From Scyliorhinus canicula (Eukaryota), in the NCBI RefSeq assembly GCF_902713615.1, contig NC_052152.1, positions 65,630,818 to 65,694,817 of the forward strand: DNA of 64,000 bases, written 5' to 3'. Below, in pieces: positions 10,721-22,621 of this stretch. The notes beneath the pieces are model-generated. The model saw only the letters and a list, made by a program, of their open reading frames with translations. It made no database searches and had not been told where the DNA came from. A program made the translations under genes and the position numbers. The number at the start of each line of letters is the position of its first letter. Position 1 is the first letter of the stretch.

Positions 10721-12591
10721 AAGGGGAGGACATGGCATCCATGGCTGATGAGGGATATCAAGGGCAGCATAAAAGCTAAAGGGAAAGCAGACAAAGTGGC
10801 GAAGATTAGTGGGAAGCTAGAGGATTGGGAAGCCATTAAAAGCGAGCAGAGGACAACTTAAAAAAGCAATAGGGGGGAGAAGATGAAGTATGAGTGCAAG
10901 CTAGCTAGTAATATAAAGGAAGATAGAAAGAGTTTTTTTTCAATATATGAAAGGTAAGAGAGAGGCAAAAATAAACATTGGACCACTGGAAAATGTGGCT
11001 AGAGAAGTAATAGTTGAAACAAAGAAATGGCAGAGGGATTGAATAGTTACTTTGCATCAGTCTTAACGGTGGAAGACACCAGTGGGATGTCAGAGCTCCA
11101 GGAGAACCGGGGGCAGAGGTGAGTACAGTGACCATTACTGAGGAGCATGTTCTGGGGAAACTGAAAGGTCTGAAGGTGGATAAGTCACCTGGACCGGATG
11201 GACTACACCCCAGGGTCCTAAAAGAGATAGCTGAGAAATTGTGGAGGCATTGGCGATGATCTTTCAGGAATCACTGGAGGCAGGAAGGGTCCCAGAAGAC
11301 TGGAAAGTGGGTAATGTAACACTCCTGTTTAAGAAGTGAGCGAGGCAGAAGACGGGAAATTATAGGCTGGTTAGCCTGACTTCGGTCATTGGTAAGAATT
11401 TAGAGTCTGTTATTAAAGATGAGATCGCAAAGCACTTGGAAGTGCATGGTAAAATAGGACTGAGTTAGCATGACTTTGTCAAAGAGTGGTCGTGTCTGAC
11501 AAATCTGTTCGAGTTCTTTGAGGAGGTAACAAGAAAGTTAAACAAAGGAGAACCAGTGGACGTGATTTATTTAGATTTCCAGAATGCCTTTGACAAGGTG
11601 CTGCGTAGGAGACTGTTAAATAAGTTAAAAGCCCATGATGTTAAGGGTAAGATCCTGGCATGGATAGAGGATTGGCTGACTGGCAGAAGACAGAGAGTGG
11701 GGATAAAGCGGTCTTTTTCAGGATGGCAGCTGGTGACTAGTGGTGTGCTTCAAGGGTCTGTGCTGGGACCACAACTTTTCACAATATACATAAATGATCT
11801 GGAAGAAGGAGCTGAAGGCACTGTTGCTAAGTTTGCAGATGATACAAAGATCTGTAGAGGGACAGGTAGTGTTGAAGAAGCAAGGGGGCTGCAGAAGGAT
11901 TTGGTCAAGCTAGGAGAGTAGGCAATGAAGTTGCAGATGAAATACAATGTGGAAAAGTGTGATTTTATGCGCTTTGGAAGGAGGAGTTTAGGCATAGACT
12001 ATTTTCTAAATGGGGAAATGCTTCGGAAATCAGAAGCACAAAGGGACTTGGGAGTCCTTGTTCATGATTCTCTTCAGGTTAATGTGCAAGTTCAGTTGGC
12101 AGTTAAGAAGGCAAATGCAATGTTAGCATTCATATCGCGAGGGCTAGAATACAAGACCAGGGATGTACTTCTGAGGCTGAATAAGGCTCTAGTCAGACCC
12201 CATTTGGAGTATTGTGAGCAGTTTTTGGCCCCGTATCTAAGAAAGGATGTGCTGGCTTTGGAAAAGGTCCAGAGGTGGTTCACAAGAATGATCCCTGGAA
12301 TGAAGAACTTGTCATATGGGGAACGGTTGAGGACTCTGGGTCTGTGCTCGTTGAAGTTTAGAAGGATGAGGGGGGATCTTATTGAAACTTACAGGATATT
12401 GCGAGGCCTGGATAGAGTGGACGTGGAGAGGATGTTTCCACATGTAGGAAAAACTAGAACCAGAGGACATCATCTCAGATGAATGGGACGATCCTTTAAA
12501 ACTGCGGTGAGGAGGAATTTCTTCAGCCAGAGGGTGGTGAAGCTGTGGAACTTTTTACCGCAGAAGGCTGTGGAGGCCAAATCATTGAGTG

Positions 12592-13601
12592 TGTTGCTCG
12601 TTCTGGGTGAGTGTGCTTAACACTCAATTGGCTCTGTTTTATTCTTTAGCTCTAGAGTGGCCAGGTATCTTTATGATACCGCCACGAGGTTCAAGTTCAA
12701 GTTCAGATCAATGACTCAATACACCAGTTAGTAAGTTTATTATTACGCAGTTATTTACTTCTCATCCATATAATACTAAGTCTAAACTATTCCTACCGCT
12801 ACTAGGCCAATACTTATCTGGAATACGGGAACTGCCGGATCAGGGAACAATGGCCTCTTGCTCTGTCCTGGATCCGCAGGCTTCCAGTTGGTGTGGACTA
12901 AAGGGGTCAGGAGTGTCTATTCTTGTAGCGGGCGTTGTATGACACTGACTTGTCGGTGTAGCAATTGGCCAGGCCTCTCCTTCTCACGTTCAAGTTCCTG
13001 GAGAGCTGCTGCAAAGGTGTTCTGCTGGGAGGGCCGGCTAAGAGATAGGAGGGCTGGCTAAGAGAGAGGAGGGCCGGCTAAGAGAGAGGAGGGCCGGCTA
13101 AGAGAGAGGAGGGCTGGCTAAGAGAGAGGAGGGCCGGCTAAGAGAGAGGAGGGCTGGCTAAGAGATCAAGCTGGGGTCGGGGCCTCTGTCTTATACTGTT
13201 TTGGGTTTCGCGCCCATCTGGGCGGACCCTCTAGAAACTTGCAATCGATTGGGTCTCGTCCCAATCGATTGATTTGAATTTCCCCAATAATGGGGCTGTT
13301 CCTCGATCACTGGGCGGTTCTTGGGGCTGTTTGTATCTTATTGTCCAGGACTCCTGCTTGTGCCGAAGAGTCTAGCTTGGCCTTTGTTATTCTTAATTGT
13401 GTCCATTGTGCCCGGGAATCACCGGGAATTGCTCAATTAATATGCGCAGCTTGTTAGTTTCTATGCTGTCTGGTTTCTTCACGGACAGAATCCACAGAGA
13501 GGTTCTGCAACCTGCTTGCCTCTCTGACATTGTCCAGTTTTCCCTGTATGCAACTCAATGTTCCATTTTATGTCGGGAAGTGGCCAGCTTCGGTGGCTAC
13601 A
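12592..13601 (-). mobile_element. Solo LTR (1010 bp) with 4-bp TSD AGTG
   Basis: Begins TGTTGC, ends GCTACA; AGTG at 12588-12591 and 13602-13605; AATAAA on the minus strand near 12640; a 4-bp TSD is typical of Gypsy-type LTRs. Confidence 0.85.
13028..13166 (+). repeat. 20-bp tandem repeat (about 7 copies) inside the solo LTR
   Basis: Unit GGAGGGC(C/T)GGCTAAGAGA(G/T)A. Confidence 0.95.
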
Positions 13602-13779
13602 AGTGTCTTTAAGACAGAGTTAGATAGGTTCTTGATTAATAAGGGGATCAGGGATTATGGGGAGAAGCCAGGAGAATGGGGATGAGAAAATATCAGCCAT
13701 GATTGAATGGCGGAGCAGACTCGATGGGCCGAGGGGCCTGCTTCTGCTGCTATGTCTTCTGGTCTTATGGTCTTTTGGC

Positions 13780-14610
13780 CAACAGATAATGAAGCAGTCC
13801 ATGTCCAAATGCAGCAAACCTGGACAATATCCAGGCTAGGGCTGACAAGTGGCAAGCTACATTCGGGCCACGCAGGTGACAGGCAATGACCATCTCCTAC
13901 AGGAGGGGATCTAACCATTGCCCCATGACATTCAAAGGCATTACATTGCTGAATCCTCCACAATCAACATCCTAGGGGTTACCATTGATCAGAAACTGAA
14001 CTGGGCAAGCCATATTAATACTGTGGCTACTAGGACAGGTCAAAGGTTAGGAATCCTACGATGAGTAAATCACCTCCTGACCCCCCTCAAAGCCTTCCAC
14101 CATCTATATGCCACCAGTCAGGAGTGTAATGGAATACTCTCCACTTGCCTGGATGAGTGAAACTCCAAGAACATTCAAGAAGGTCAACATCATCCAGGAC
14201 AAAGCAGCCACTTGATTGCTTCTCCTTCCACAAACATTCAAACCCGCCACCACCGATGAACAGTGGCAGCATGTGTACCATCTACAAGATGCACTGCAGT
14301 AACTCACCACGGTTCCTTAGATAGCACCTTCCAAACCCACGACCACTACCATCCAGAAGGACCTGGGAAACCCCACCACCTGGAGGGTCCCCTCCAAGTC
14401 ACTCACCACCCTGACTTGGAAATATATCGTCGTTCCTTCACTGTCGCTGGAGCAATGCCCTGGAACTCCCTCCCTAACAGCACAGTGGGTGTACCTACAC
14501 CTCAAGGACTGCAACAGTTCCAGAAGGCAGCTCACCATCACCTTCTGAAAGGCAACGAGGGATGGGCAATAAATGCTGGCCTAACCAACAAAACCCACAC
14601 CCCGTAAAAT
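13780..14610 (+). mobile_element. CR1/L2-group LINE 3' portion (second family)
   Basis: Same family as 10080-10720, downstream part: ATCCTAGGGGTTACCATTGA, GGAATACTCTCCACTTGCCTGGATG, tail GGGCAATAAATGCTGGCC. Confidence 0.75.
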
Positions 14611-15269
14611 GAATTTAAAACAAAGTAAATCCTACCTACCGGGTAATTGTGCGAAACCATCCGCAGCAATTGATTTTACCCCCTTCTCCACCCCACACAA
14701 AACATGTTTTAACTGCTTTACATTCCTTCATTTTTGTTCAATATTAGTTTCCACCCTTTTGAACCTCAGATCCTTGATTATTAATGTCACTATACCTTCC
14801 TTTGTTACAATCCCTCCAGGCTCTAGATGAAGAGAGTGCGGGTGTACCATTCTAGGCTATACAATGCCTGTGGGGATCGCAAGTGAGCCGCTCATTCTGT
14901 GACCCCATATATTCATGTGAATTAGTTGCTCTTTAATTTGTTTTATAATTTGAGTACCTTTTCAACAATTGTTTAGGTTTTGTTGGTGTTAAATTGGATA
15001 GGTCCTAAAATCGGGAGGAAGGATTGCGATGGGCAATTGCCCTGCCCTTGTTCAAAGTGATGCAGGCAGAACTCAAACTTCTATGCTGCCTGCTAATTGC
15101 AATCGTTGTGGTGTGTGCCATCAACATCTGAACATGCTCTTCTGGCTGCGTGGCTCATCACAAGGGCCAATGTGGTGTAAAGATAGCCTGTATCCCTGAA
15201 CGGCAGACTGCACAACTGAAAGGTGAAGGGCACAAAGGCTGAAACTGGCTGAAGAGAGTTGAAGAGTTT

Positions 15270-15495
15270 AGAGATGGCACAACAGATCAGAAAGTGTTTC
15301 TGGATGCTGCATTGGAGGCTTTGGCAGAGGAAGTGCAGAAGAGGAGGGTCCCCTGAGGGGACCAGAAGGCTTTCCAGAATTGATAGGAGAGCCACTGAGA
15401 GCAGGGAGCCCTTGTACGTAATGCCAACAGTCGAGCTCTGAGAACTTGGATGTAATGCTGAAAATATGTTGATCTCACATGAGTGGTCAAAGTCA
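15270..15495 (+). pseudogene. Degenerate Myb/SANT-like gene fragment of a Harbinger transposon
   Basis: Frameshifted FLDAALEALAEEVQKRR ... ANSRALRTWM*C*KYVDLT*VVKVS, paralleling the Myb-like ORF at 45276. Confidence 0.5.
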
Positions 15496-15509
15496 GTGAA
15501 TGCATCGCC

Positions 15510-16140
15510 ATGTGCCATATGTTACCAGTGCACCAATTGTCTCAGATACTGCTCAATGCACCAAACTCTCATCATTCACCAAAAACCTATATCAAACACA
15601 ACTCATGCTTCACCTTCGTGAAGTCCTTCGAGGGTGTGAGCATCCTCTCCCAGGACAATATTCCCAGTATTGAGTCTGGTCATGCTCGACTAGCTGCGAT
15701 GGGTGGGCCACATTGCCCGCATGCCCGACACAAAGTTACCAAAACAAGTGCTTTACTCCGAGCTCCGCAATGGCAATTGATCACTAGGAGGGCAGAGGGA
15801 TCATTACAAGGACACTCTGAAAGCCTACCTAAATAAATGCAACATACCCACCAACATGTGAGAATCATTTGCCTTAGAATTGATGCTGGAGAAAAAGCAT
15901 CCTTGAAGGTGCCACTCACCTCCAGCATCGTAGGGTGGAGCATGCGGAGGCCAAGTGTAAACAGCGTAAGGAGAATGCAGAATCCAGAGTGTCCCACCCA
16001 CCCATCAAACACCACCTGTCAAACCTGTGGCAGTCTGCGGATCCAGGATCGGACCTTTTAGCCACTGCAGAACCCAGCTCCCAGGAGTGGAGGTAAATCA
16101 TCCTGGATGCTGAGGGACGGCCCAAGAGAGACTTCATCTT
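15510..16140 (+). mobile_element. RTE-clade LINE 3' fragment
   Basis: Degenerate WVGHIARMPDTKLPKQVLYSEL and YKDTLKAYLNKCNIP segments, then a C-terminal CxxC-like TCQTCG. Confidence 0.7.
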
Positions 16141-16602
16141 CATGGTCCCATCTCCCCCTCACAACCTAGCAGTGTTGCCAGCTCTGTCCTCATATTTCAC
16201 AGCCACCATACATTGCCAGCTAATCAACTGTGGCAGGCACTTCACCCAAACATAGAGCATCACACTCACTAAAAATGAGCTCCTCTTTTGCTGGACAAGG
16301 TGACCCATAATAGGTAGCAGCAGCAAACCAGCAGAGATCAGGCACAACTGCATGCTTTCACCCCCAAGAAGGAGACAGTACTTGAAAAATTGAAGGCAGT
16401 GGCCAGTACTGGGGCTAAAACCAATGATGATGGTAGTTTGCTCTAAACTGATCTTCCTCATCCCACTTTCATCCCACAATCTCTTTAGGTATCCTAGCCA
16501 CAGTTGGTGTAACTAAACACATCTTGTGCTTCGTCACTGCCTCACCGCAAACTGCCCTTGTTCATAAGTTCATCAGATCATAAGATATAGGAGTAGAATT
16601 TT

Positions 16603-16946
16603 GGGCAGCATGGTAGCATGGTGGTTAGCATAAATGCTTCACAGCTCCAGGGTCCCAGGTTCGATTCCCGGCTGGGTCACTGTCTGTGCGGAGTCTGCAC
16701 GTCCTCCCCGTGTGTGCGTGGGTTTCCTCCGGGTGCTCCGGTTTCCTCCCACAGTCCAAAGATGTGCGGGTTAGGTGGATTGGCCATGCTAAATTGCCCG
16801 TAGTGTCCTGAAAAGTAAGGTTAAGGGAGGGGGGTTGTTGGGTTACGGGTATAGGGTGGATGCGTGGGTTTGAGTAGGGTGATCATGGCTCGGCACAACA
16901 TCGAGGGCCGAAGGGCCTGTTCTGTGCTGTACTGTTCTATGTTCTA
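16603..16946 (+). mobile_element. Full-length tRNA-derived SINE inserted in a CR1 3' end
   Basis: Head GGGCAGCATGGTAGCATGGTGG, B box GGTTCGATTCCC, tail GAAGGGCCTGTTCTGTGCTGTACTGTTCTATGTTCT matching the CR1 3' end at about 9985-10026. Confidence 0.9.
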
Positions 16947-17199
16947 ATTAGGCCATTCAGCCCATCAAGTCTTCTTCACCATTCGATCATGGCTGACATG
17001 TTCTTCATCTGTTACCTACAATGCTACAGATCAAGAGCTGGATTGCAAAATCAGCCAGTGCATCTCCCTTATGCTCCTTTATGCTTGTACCTTTATGCTT
17101 TCAGACACTGGGAATCTGCTGTCCTTTACTCGGTCTGGCTTGGGTCTGAAATGGCCCAACAACCTACTCAGTTGTATGAAACCAAGGTAGAAAGATTGA

Positions 17200-20100
17200 A
17201 TGAGAATTAGGCTGACAACAGCATTGACTTGGCACTGGAAACGGAAAAGATACAACCGGACAACCCAACCCTACAGATTCCTCTGACATCTCTGGACTTG
17301 TGTCAAGATTGGAACAACAATAGTCTCACATAGTTATACTCATTGAATCATACCTAGAGCCAATATCCCAGACACATCCATTACCATTCTTTGGTATATC
17401 CTCTTCCTCTGCAGGACAGACCCACCAGAGGTGGTGGCAGCATGGCTATATAAGAGTGGAGTGGCTCTTGACCCCAGACCCCATGAAGTCTTATGGCATT
17501 AGGTCAAATATGGACCAGGAAATCCCCACGGTAGGCATCTAACGCCGTACCTAGCTGATGAATCAGTGCTCTTCCATGTTGGACACCACTTGGGAGAAGC
17601 ACTGAGGATAGAAAGGCCAGAAAATGTACTTTGGGTAGGGTATTTGAATGCCCATCATCAAAAGAGACTTTGTAACACTGGTACTGACTGAGCTGGCTGA
17701 GCCCTCATATCCATAACTGCCAGACTGAGCCTATGCCAGATAGTGAGAGTCAATAAGAAGAGAAACCCTACACTTGTCCTCACCAATCTACTGTATATGC
17801 GTCTGTCAATGTCAATATTGGTAACAGTGACCATTGCTCAACCCTGACTTCACATTCAGGATATGGCCTGTTCTGTGGCACTATCACCTTTCCAAATGGG
17901 CTAGATTCGGAGCAGATTTAGCAGCTCAAACTGGGTATCCATGATGTTGGCCATTAGCAGCAGCAGAATTGTATTCAAACACAATCTGTAACCTCATGGC
18001 TCGGCATTTCCTCTGTGATGTAGCCAGTTTTGCTGACACTGGGAAGATAAGTAGGAAAGCAAGTAGTGAGGAGAATATAAATAGCCTGCAAAGGATATGG
18101 ATATGTTCAGTGAATAGGCAAACATTTGTTACATGGTCTATAATGAGGAAAAATGTGAGCTTGTCCCCTTTTGTGGAAAGAATAGAAAAGCAGAATATTA
18201 TTTGAATGGAGAGAGACTGTAAAATGCTGTGATACATGAGTCACAAAAAGGCAACATGCAGGCACAGCAAGTAATTAGGAAGGCAAATGGAGTGCTGGTC
18301 TTTATTGAAAAGGGGATGGAGCATAAAAGTGAGGAAACCTTGTGACAACTGTACAGGACATTGATGAAGCCACACCTAGATTACTGTGTGCAGTTTTGAT
18401 TGCCTTATTACAGAAGATACTGAAGGAGGTTCAGATAAGGTATACTAGATTGATTTCTGGGATTAAGATGTTGTCTTATGAGAAAAGGTTGAACAGGTTG
18501 GGCCTATACTTATTGACCATAAGACCATAAGACATAGGAGCAGAATTAGGCCACTCGGCCCATCAAGTCTGCTCCGCCATTCAATCATGGCTGATATTTT
18601 CTCATCCCCATTGTCCTGCCTTCTTTCTCCCCATAACCCCTGATCCCTTCATTAATCAAGAATCTATCTATCTCTGTCTTAAAGACACTCAATTATTTGG
18701 CCTCCACAGCCTATGGATCTATGGAATTCCTTGCCCAGTGAAGCAGTTGAGGCTCCTTCATTAAATGTTTTTAAGGTAAAGATAGATAGTTTTTTGATGA
18801 AAAAAGGGAGTAAGGGTTATGGTGTTCGGGCCGGAAAGTGGAACTGAGTCCACAAAAGATCAGCCATGATCTCATTGAATGGCGGAGCAGGCTCGAGGGG
18901 CCAGATGGCCTACTCCTGCTCCTAGTTCTTATGTTCTTATGTTCTGTGGCAAAGAGTTCACAGATTCACCACCCTCTGGCTGAAGAAGTTCCTCCTCATC
19001 TCTGTTTCAAACGATCGTCTCTTTAGTCTGAGACTGTGTCCTCTGGTTCTAGTTTTTCCTACAAGTGGAAACATTCCCTCCATGCCCACTCTATCCAGGC
19101 CTCTGGCAGTATCCTGTAAGTTTTAATAAGATCCCCCCTCATCCTTCTAAACTCCAACGAGTACAGACCCAGAAACCTCAACCGTTCCTCATAAGACAGG
19201 TTCTTCATTCCAGGAGAAGAAGATTTCATTATTGAAGATTAGAAGAATGAAAGGTGATATTATTGAAACATGTAAGACTCTGACGGGCTTGATAGGATAC
19301 ATGTTGAGAGAAAGTTTCCCTTTGCAGTGGAATCTAGAAGTAGGGGAACTATTTCAGAATAAGAGACCTACTATTTAAGATGAAAATCGCAGGATTGTTA
19401 CTGCGCAGAAGAAGGCCAATTGGTCCATTGTGTATGCACTGGCTTTCCAAATTGACCATTATGACTTATTCCCATTCCCTGCCTTTTCCCCATACCCTGC
19501 ACATTTTTTCTATTCAAATAATCATCCAATGCCGTCTTGAATGCCTCAATTGAACCTGCTCATACTTCCAGGCAGTGCATTCCATACCCAAACCACTCGC
19601 TGTGTGAAAAAGTTTTTTCTCACATCACATTTGCTTCATTTGCAAATCACTTTAAACCTGCGCTCTCTCATTCTTGATCCTTTTACCAGGAGTAACAGTT
19701 AGTCCCTATCTATGCTGTCCAGTCCCTGCATGATTTTGAACATCTTTATCAAATCTCCTCTTAGCCTTCTTCTCTCCAAGGACAACAGTCCCAACCTCGC
19801 AATCTATCCTCATAACTGAAGTTTCTCATACCTGGAACCATTCTTGGTTCTCACACTCTCAACAATGCATTCACATCCTTCTCATGGTATGGCACTTAAA
19901 ATTGACCACAATACTCCAGCTCAGGTCTAGCTAGTGTCTTGTACAAGTTCAGCATAATCTCCCTGCTCTTATACTCTATGCCATTATTAATAAAGACCAG
20001 AATACTAAATGCTTTATTAACTGCTCTCTTAACCTGTCCTGCCACATTCAATTATATATATACTTATTCAGCCATGTCCCTCTGCTCCTGCAGCCTGACT

Positions 20101-21440
20101 GATTGGTGTTTGGAATTCTCTTCCCAAGTGAGCAGTTGAAGCTGGGTTACTAAATATATTTAAGGCTGAGCCAGACAGAGTTTTGATCATTGAGGTGGTT
20201 TGGATTATGGGAAGCCAGGCAGGAGAGCTGAGTGAAGACCACAATCAGATCTAATTAGCTAACAGAGCGGCCTTGAGGGTCGAATGGATTAACGCTGGTC
20301 CCATTTCTTATGTTCTTATGCATTTTCTTAAATCCCTCACTAACCAACAAGCTAGTGGACCATCCTCGGTTCAATGAAGAGTGCAGCGGAGCATGCCAGG
20401 AGCAGCACCAGGCTTACCTAACAATGGTGAAGCTACAGTCTATGACGATATGCATTCTGATCAGCGGAAGCAGCATGCAATATGCAGAACAAGGTGATCG
20501 CGCAACTAATCAATCAGATCAAAAGACTGCAAACCTACCAAATTCAAGAAATTAATTGTGGTGCACAATTAAACAAATAACCAGAGGAGGAGGCTCCACA
20601 AATATCACCACCCTCAATAATGAGAGAGTCCAGCATGTCAGTGCAATAGTCAAGTTTGTAGCATTTGCAATCATATTCAGCCAGAAGGTCTGATGGATGA
20701 TCCATCTCAGCATCCTTCTGAGGTTACCAACATCTCAGATGCCAATATTCAGCCAATTTGAATCATTCCACGTGGTGTCAAGAAACAACAGCAACAACTT
20801 ATATTTATATAAAACTTTTAACATAAGCATCCCAAAGTACTTAACAGGTGAATTATTAAACAAAATATAGCACTGAGACATATAAGCAGATATTAGGTCA
20901 GATGACCAAAAACCTGCTTAAAGAGGTATGCTTTAAGAAGCTTCTGAAAGGAAGGAAGTGAGGTAGAGAGGCAGAGAGGTTTAAGTGTGCGTTATCAAGT
21001 GGCATTTACACAGCAATAGTCTGCTCACCAATGCTCAGTTTGTGTTCCGTCAAGACCACTTACCTACTGACCTTATTACAGCCTTCACACAAACATGAAC
21101 AAAAAGCATGAATTCAGAGGTGCAATGAAAACGATTGTCTCAACATCCAGGCAATGTTTGAGAGAGTGTGATGTCAAGAAGCCCTGGAAAAATTGAAGTC
21201 AAATATGAAGCAGGAGAAAAACTCGCTACTGCTTGGAGTTATGTCTAGCACAAAGGAAAATGGTTGAAGTTGATGGAGGCCAACTACCTCAGTTCCAAAA
21301 CATTGCTTTAGGAGTTCTTTAGAATAGTGTCTTAGGCACAGTTCCTTCATCAATGGCCTATCCTCCATCATTAGATCAGAAGTGGGGACATTCACTGTTG
21401 ATTGCACGATGTTCAACACCATTCACAACTCCTCAGACAT
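17200..21440. mobile_element. Mosaic of degenerate CR1 and CR1/L2-group LINE fragments in both orientations
   Basis: RT-like pieces (KPHLDYCVQF-like at about 18368), several CR1 3' tails ((ATAAGACC)n at 18517, TCTTATGTTCT at 18926 and 20306). Confidence 0.7.
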
Positions 21441-21469
21441 TGAAACAGATATTGTTTGTCCCACCCTTT

Positions 21470-22600
21470 TTATTTATTGGAATATGTTGACCCTGTACTC
21501 CCCCTATTTCTTTCTTGAATGCGTCCCAGATTTACCTAAAAGTGTCTGCTCCCAGTCCACTCTGGCCAAATCATATCTGACCGAATTAAAATTGGCCTTC
21601 CTGCAGTTTAGAACTTTGATTTTGGGCCCATCCTTGTCCTTTTCCATAGCAATTTTGAATCGAATGGAAGTATGATCGCTGTCTGCAAAATGCTCCCCCA
21701 CTGATACTTCAACCACTTGCCTGACTTTATTACTGAAAATTAAGTCCAGACTGCCCCTCTCTTGTAAGACCTTCTACAAACGGGTTTAAAAAGTTCTCCC
21801 AGATGCATATTAAGAATTCCGCTCCTTTTAAACCTTTCACACTATGACTACCCCAGTTAATGTTGGGAAAGTTGAAATCCTCAGTACCACTACTCTATCA
21901 CTGTTACACTTCTCTGAAATTTGCCTACATATCTATTTCTCTCAGACTGTTGGGGGGGGGGGGGGGGGGGGGGTCTATAGAACACTCCCAGCAATGTGAT
22001 TGCCCCTTTTTGGGTGTTTAAGTTCTACCCATCAGGCTTCATTTGAACAGCTTCTAAGATGTTGTCGCTTCTTACTGTTGTAATTGATTCCCTGATTAAA
22101 ATAGCAACACCCCCTCCGTCCCTGTCTTGCCTGAAGATCCTATACCCTGGAATATTGAACTACCAATCCTGCTCCTCGCTCAACCATGTCTCAGTGCCCG
22201 CAATGACATCATACCCCCATGTTTCAATTTATTCCTCCAAATCATCTGCCTTGTTTTGTCGGGCTCCTTGGATTAAAATAAATACCATCCAATTTTGCCA
22301 AACTCCCTTGTGACTTAACTGGCCTAGAACGTACCTCCCTGACTCGATTGCTATTTCTTCTAATTCTGGCGGTACATCTCCTTCTGCTGAATCGTCTCTC
22401 AGGATCGCATCTCCTGGCCAATTTAGTTTGAACCCTACCCAACAGCACAAGCAAACATTTCTGCAAGGACCCTGGTCCCATTTTAGTTTGGTGCAACCTG
22501 TCTAAGATGTGGATGCACTCAAATCTTCTTTCTTTGAAGAAGCAGTGGTCCAAACTATGGAGCTTCAACAAAAAGTATGACTAGGAACTTCTTTTGGATC
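21470..22600 (-). mobile_element. CR1 LINE fragment (ORF1 end and endonuclease region)
   Basis: Minus-strand GEHFADSDHTSIRFKI, YFNPRS, plus the ORF1 C-terminal end. Confidence 0.75.
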
Positions 22601-22621
22601 CCAGTCTGGAGGTTTATTTCA

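Larger units (their letters stand above)
10720..13775 (+). mobile_element. CR1 LINE ORF2/3' end, interrupted by a solo LTR at 12592-13601
   Basis: YLDFQNAFDKV, QGSVLGPQLF, KFADDTK, LVRPHLEYC motifs; the sequence resumes (AGTG)TCTTTAAGACAGAG after the LTR. Confidence 0.9.

Noticed and set aside
14794-14883. Candidate exons near 14.8 kb (plus 14820-14882; minus about 14796-14822)
   Set aside because: Splice-like signals on both strands; the plus candidate has stops in all frames and the minus one is only 27 nt with a weak donor
16159-16479. 106-aa hydrophobic minus-strand ORF
   Set aside because: No recognisable motif or splice structure; it lies between TE fragments
16603-16680. tRNA genes at SINE 5' ends (also 30131, 31744, 47952, 52808)
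   Set aside because: A and B boxes are present but there is no complete cloverleaf, and each continues into SINE core and tail
16618-16803. Recurrent short ORFs (MVVSINASQLQGPRFDS..., MDSTIASQLQG...)
   Set aside because: Translations of the same SINE family in many copies
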